Shown here piece after piece: positions 61,928 to 64,000 of a stretch of 64,000 nt of DNA. The notes under the pieces are model-generated. The model searched no databases and had not been told where the DNA came from. It saw only the letters and a list, made by a program, of their open reading frames with translations. Each line of letters starts with the position of its first letter. The stretch's first letter is position 1. The stretch is from Dehalococcoidia bacterium (GTDB taxonomy: Bacteria; Chloroflexota; Dehalococcoidia; Bin125): contig CAXXRD010000003.1 in assembly GCA_963663895.2 (NCBI GenBank), positions 128,001 to 192,000 of the forward strand, in the 5' to 3' direction. Both the position numbers and the translations under genes were made by a program.

Positions 61928-62022
61928 GGCCCGCTCGCATCGTCGGACGTTCTCATCTCTAGGGAATTGCGGGGCGTGCCGTGATTGGCTTCGTCGAGAC
62001 TAGCGCCATGCAAGCAGCTGAT

Positions 62023-63143
62023 CTAGCTGAAGACCACGTCCGCGAGCTTGTCCATGGCCACGCGTCGCGCCTCCGGCAGCATGTGTGCGTAGATATCGGC
62101 CGTGGTGCTCATCTGCTGGTGACCTAGGAGGTCCGAGACTTCCTTCATCCCGACCCCCGCCCCCAGAAGATAGGTCGCCGCTCCGTGGCGCAGGTCGTGG
62201 AAGCGGATGCGCGGCAGCCCGGCCCGCTTGAGGTGACGCTGGAGGGTATGGGTGACATTCGTGCCATTCAGCGGCTGCCCGTTCCGCGTGACGAAGACCA
62301 GTCGCCAGGAGAAGCGCACGATCTGGGCGCGCCGATGCCTGCGTAGGGCCGCCACCAGGGGCGGAGCCAGGGCCAGCGTGCGGCGGGAGCGGTCCGTCTT
62401 GATGTCGTCGAGGTGGTAGGCCCCGTCGTAGCGCTTCAGGCTGCGCCGTACGGTCAGCGTCCCCGCCTCGAGGTCCACATCCGGCCAGGTGAGGCCCAAC
62501 AGCTCGCCCTGGCGCATGCCGGTGGCGATGGCCAGCTGGAAGAGCGCCTCCAGCCGATCGCCTGCGATCTCCTGGAGGAGGGTCTGCGTTTGCTCCGGCG
62601 TCAGCGGGCGGACCTCCTTGCGCGGGGGTGTTTGCAGCCGCACCAGGCGGGCGACGTTGCGGGAGACCAGCTCCTGGCGCTCCGCCTCGGCCAGGGCCGA
62701 ACGCAGCACCGCCCGGACGTAGCGCCGCCAGGCGGGGCGATCGGCCAGGGTGTGGAAGTAGGTTTGTAGGTCGGCCACGGAGAGCCGGGTGAGGCGGCGA
62801 TGCCCCAGGTTGGGAATCAGTTGCGTTTCGACGATGTTCCGGTAGCCGTACAGGGTCGCGGGCCGGATGCGCTCGGCGGCGACGTGGGCCAGCCAGTGGC
62901 GCAGCCACTGCTCGACGGTGAGGTGGGGGTCGGCGGCGAGGCCGCTAAGCCCGCGCGTGCGTTCGCGCTCGGCCAGCCGTGTGCGCAGGACCGCCTCCGC
63001 CTGGGTGCCGGGCACGACCTCGGATCGGTAGCGGCGGCGGGCACCGCTGCCGATCGACCAGCGGGCCTGAAAGAAGCCCGGTGCAGTTGCCGGACGGAGC
63101 CGGACCCGTGCGGTCGTTTGGAGCCTGAGCGGGAGCGCGGCAT
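62023..63143 (-). CDS. Tyrosine integrase, frameshift near 63084
   Basis: Restored N-terminus MPRSRSGSKRPHGSGSVRQLAPG; catalytic GMRQGE, KT, HDLRH, LLGH, DIYAH. Confidence 0.92.
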
Positions 63144-63287
63144 GCCCAAACACTACGGCTGGCGGCAGCCCGCGAGACACCCCCGAGAAGTGGCACGGGA
63201 GTGGCATGCCCAGCCGGGCGTCCCACTTCGAGCGGGGTGGGGGTGCGCAGATTCCCCTCGGATCGTAGGGAAATCGCGAGGGGTGGG

Positions 63288-63363
63288 TGGTGAGCCGCCT
63301 AGGACTCGAACCTAGAACCGGCTGATTAAGAGTCAGCTGCTCTTCCAATTGAGCTAGCGGCCC
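63288..63363 (-). tRNA. tRNA-Lys(CTT)
   Basis: GCTGA-CTCTTAA-TCAGC anticodon arm, GGTTCGAGTCC T-arm, encoded CCA. Confidence 0.97.
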
Positions 63364-63486
63364 ACGCTGATCTGCGCCCCTCCGAGCGGGCGAGTTGTGC
63401 CGACGATCTTAGCACCGACAGAGCCGAGCAGCGCCCCGGACCGCGGCGCGCCGGGACAGAGGGAAAGACCGTCCGCAGCGCCCAGA

Positions 63487-63516
63487 TTGACCGCCTCGCG
63501 CGGGCCTGAGTAGCAT
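63487..63516 (+). promoter_or_regulatory. Sigma70-type promoter of tRNA-Val
   Basis: TTGACC-18 nt-TAGCAT. Confidence 0.55.
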
Positions 63517-63550
63517 CGATCGAGCGGCTCCCCATACGGGCAGGAGCCGG

Positions 63551-63627
63551 GGGCGGTTAGCTCAGACGGCTAGAGCGCTGCGTTGACATCGCAGAGGTCA
63601 CTGGTTCAAGTCCAGTATCGCCCACCA
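63551..63627 (+). tRNA. tRNA-Val(GAC)
   Basis: GGGCGGT/ATCGCCC acceptor, CTGCG-TTGACAT-CGCAG anticodon arm, encoded CCA. Confidence 0.97.
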
Positions 63628-63773
63628 TCGCTTGCCTGCAGCGATCCTGACCTGTAGAAAGAGCCATGCTCGTGGGAGCGGTTCTCATCTTCAGCTTCTA
63701 AGGATCTCCCGATTCCCCTCGCACCAACTCCACGGCGGACCGCCGCCCGGCGCGGCTGATCGAGGCCTGACCC

Positions 63774-64000
63774 GTGGCCGCGACAGATGTCAACGACCAG
63801 GTCCGCTACGAACCGGACGAGCGTCCGCCCCCCGCCATAGCCGTCGGCGCGGGCGTGCAGGCCGCCATGATCATCGTGGCGCCGGTGGTCCTAACCGTGG
63901 TCATCGTGGCCCGGATCGCCGAGCAGCCCGAGAGCTACATCTCCTGGGGCGTCTTCGCGGCGCTCCTGATCAGCGGCGTCACCACCGTGCTCCAGGCCGT
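63774..64000 (+). CDS. NCS2-family permease paralogue, 5' part only
   Basis: MAATDVNDQVRYEPDERPP...GVQ...TVVIVAR...YISWGVFAALLISGVTTVLQA aligns with the N-terminus of 1..1510. Confidence 0.8.
   Translation, partial: MAATDVNDQVRYEPDERPPPAIAVGAGVQAAMIIVAPVVLTVVIVARIAEQPESYISWGVFAALLISGVTTVLQA

Larger units (their letters stand above)
60900..63287 (-). mobile_element. Remnant integrative element/prophage at the tRNA-Lys 3' end
   Basis: Integrase abuts the tRNA 3' end; phage-like ORFs; no second att copy found by eye, left boundary approximate. Confidence 0.6.

Overview
High-GC bacterial chromosome segment, most likely a Dehalococcoidia-type Chloroflexota (tmRNA tag GEKELALAA, large Alu-domain SRP RNA, DEDDh-DinG fusion). 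The core is housekeeping: dinB, fabD, S41 protease, smpB-ssrA, pstS, aceB-aceA, mutS-mutL, an orphan nuoE-nuoF-like pair, rnc-smc-ftsY, a tRNA nucleotidyltransferase, dinG, ispE-rsmA-SRP RNA, lepA, SulP, a DEAD-box helicase and three tRNAs. Many genes in 3-21 kb are split by single-base homopolymer indels, probably long-read assembly errors, so several ORF-track calls are corrected here. Best leads: (1) a His-rich, probably leaderless upstream ORF ending in RPPTPPPR in front of a CopC/CopD/cytochrome-c metal operon, resembling a ribosome-arrest metal sensor without the usual CxxC; (2) a defence island at 54.1-57.7 kb where a DUF5343-like + HEPN (TIGR02391/Ymh) pair and an XhoI-family R-M pair are each followed by a copy of a ~300-bp repeat carrying a small Myb/SANT-like gene; (3) a PHD-finger-like zinc protein; (4) an NCS2 permease with a degenerate anti-sigma-kinase-like tail; (5) a NuoF/HydB-like subunit that has lost specific Fe-S ligands. 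All family assignments come from motifs read by eye; no database search was run.
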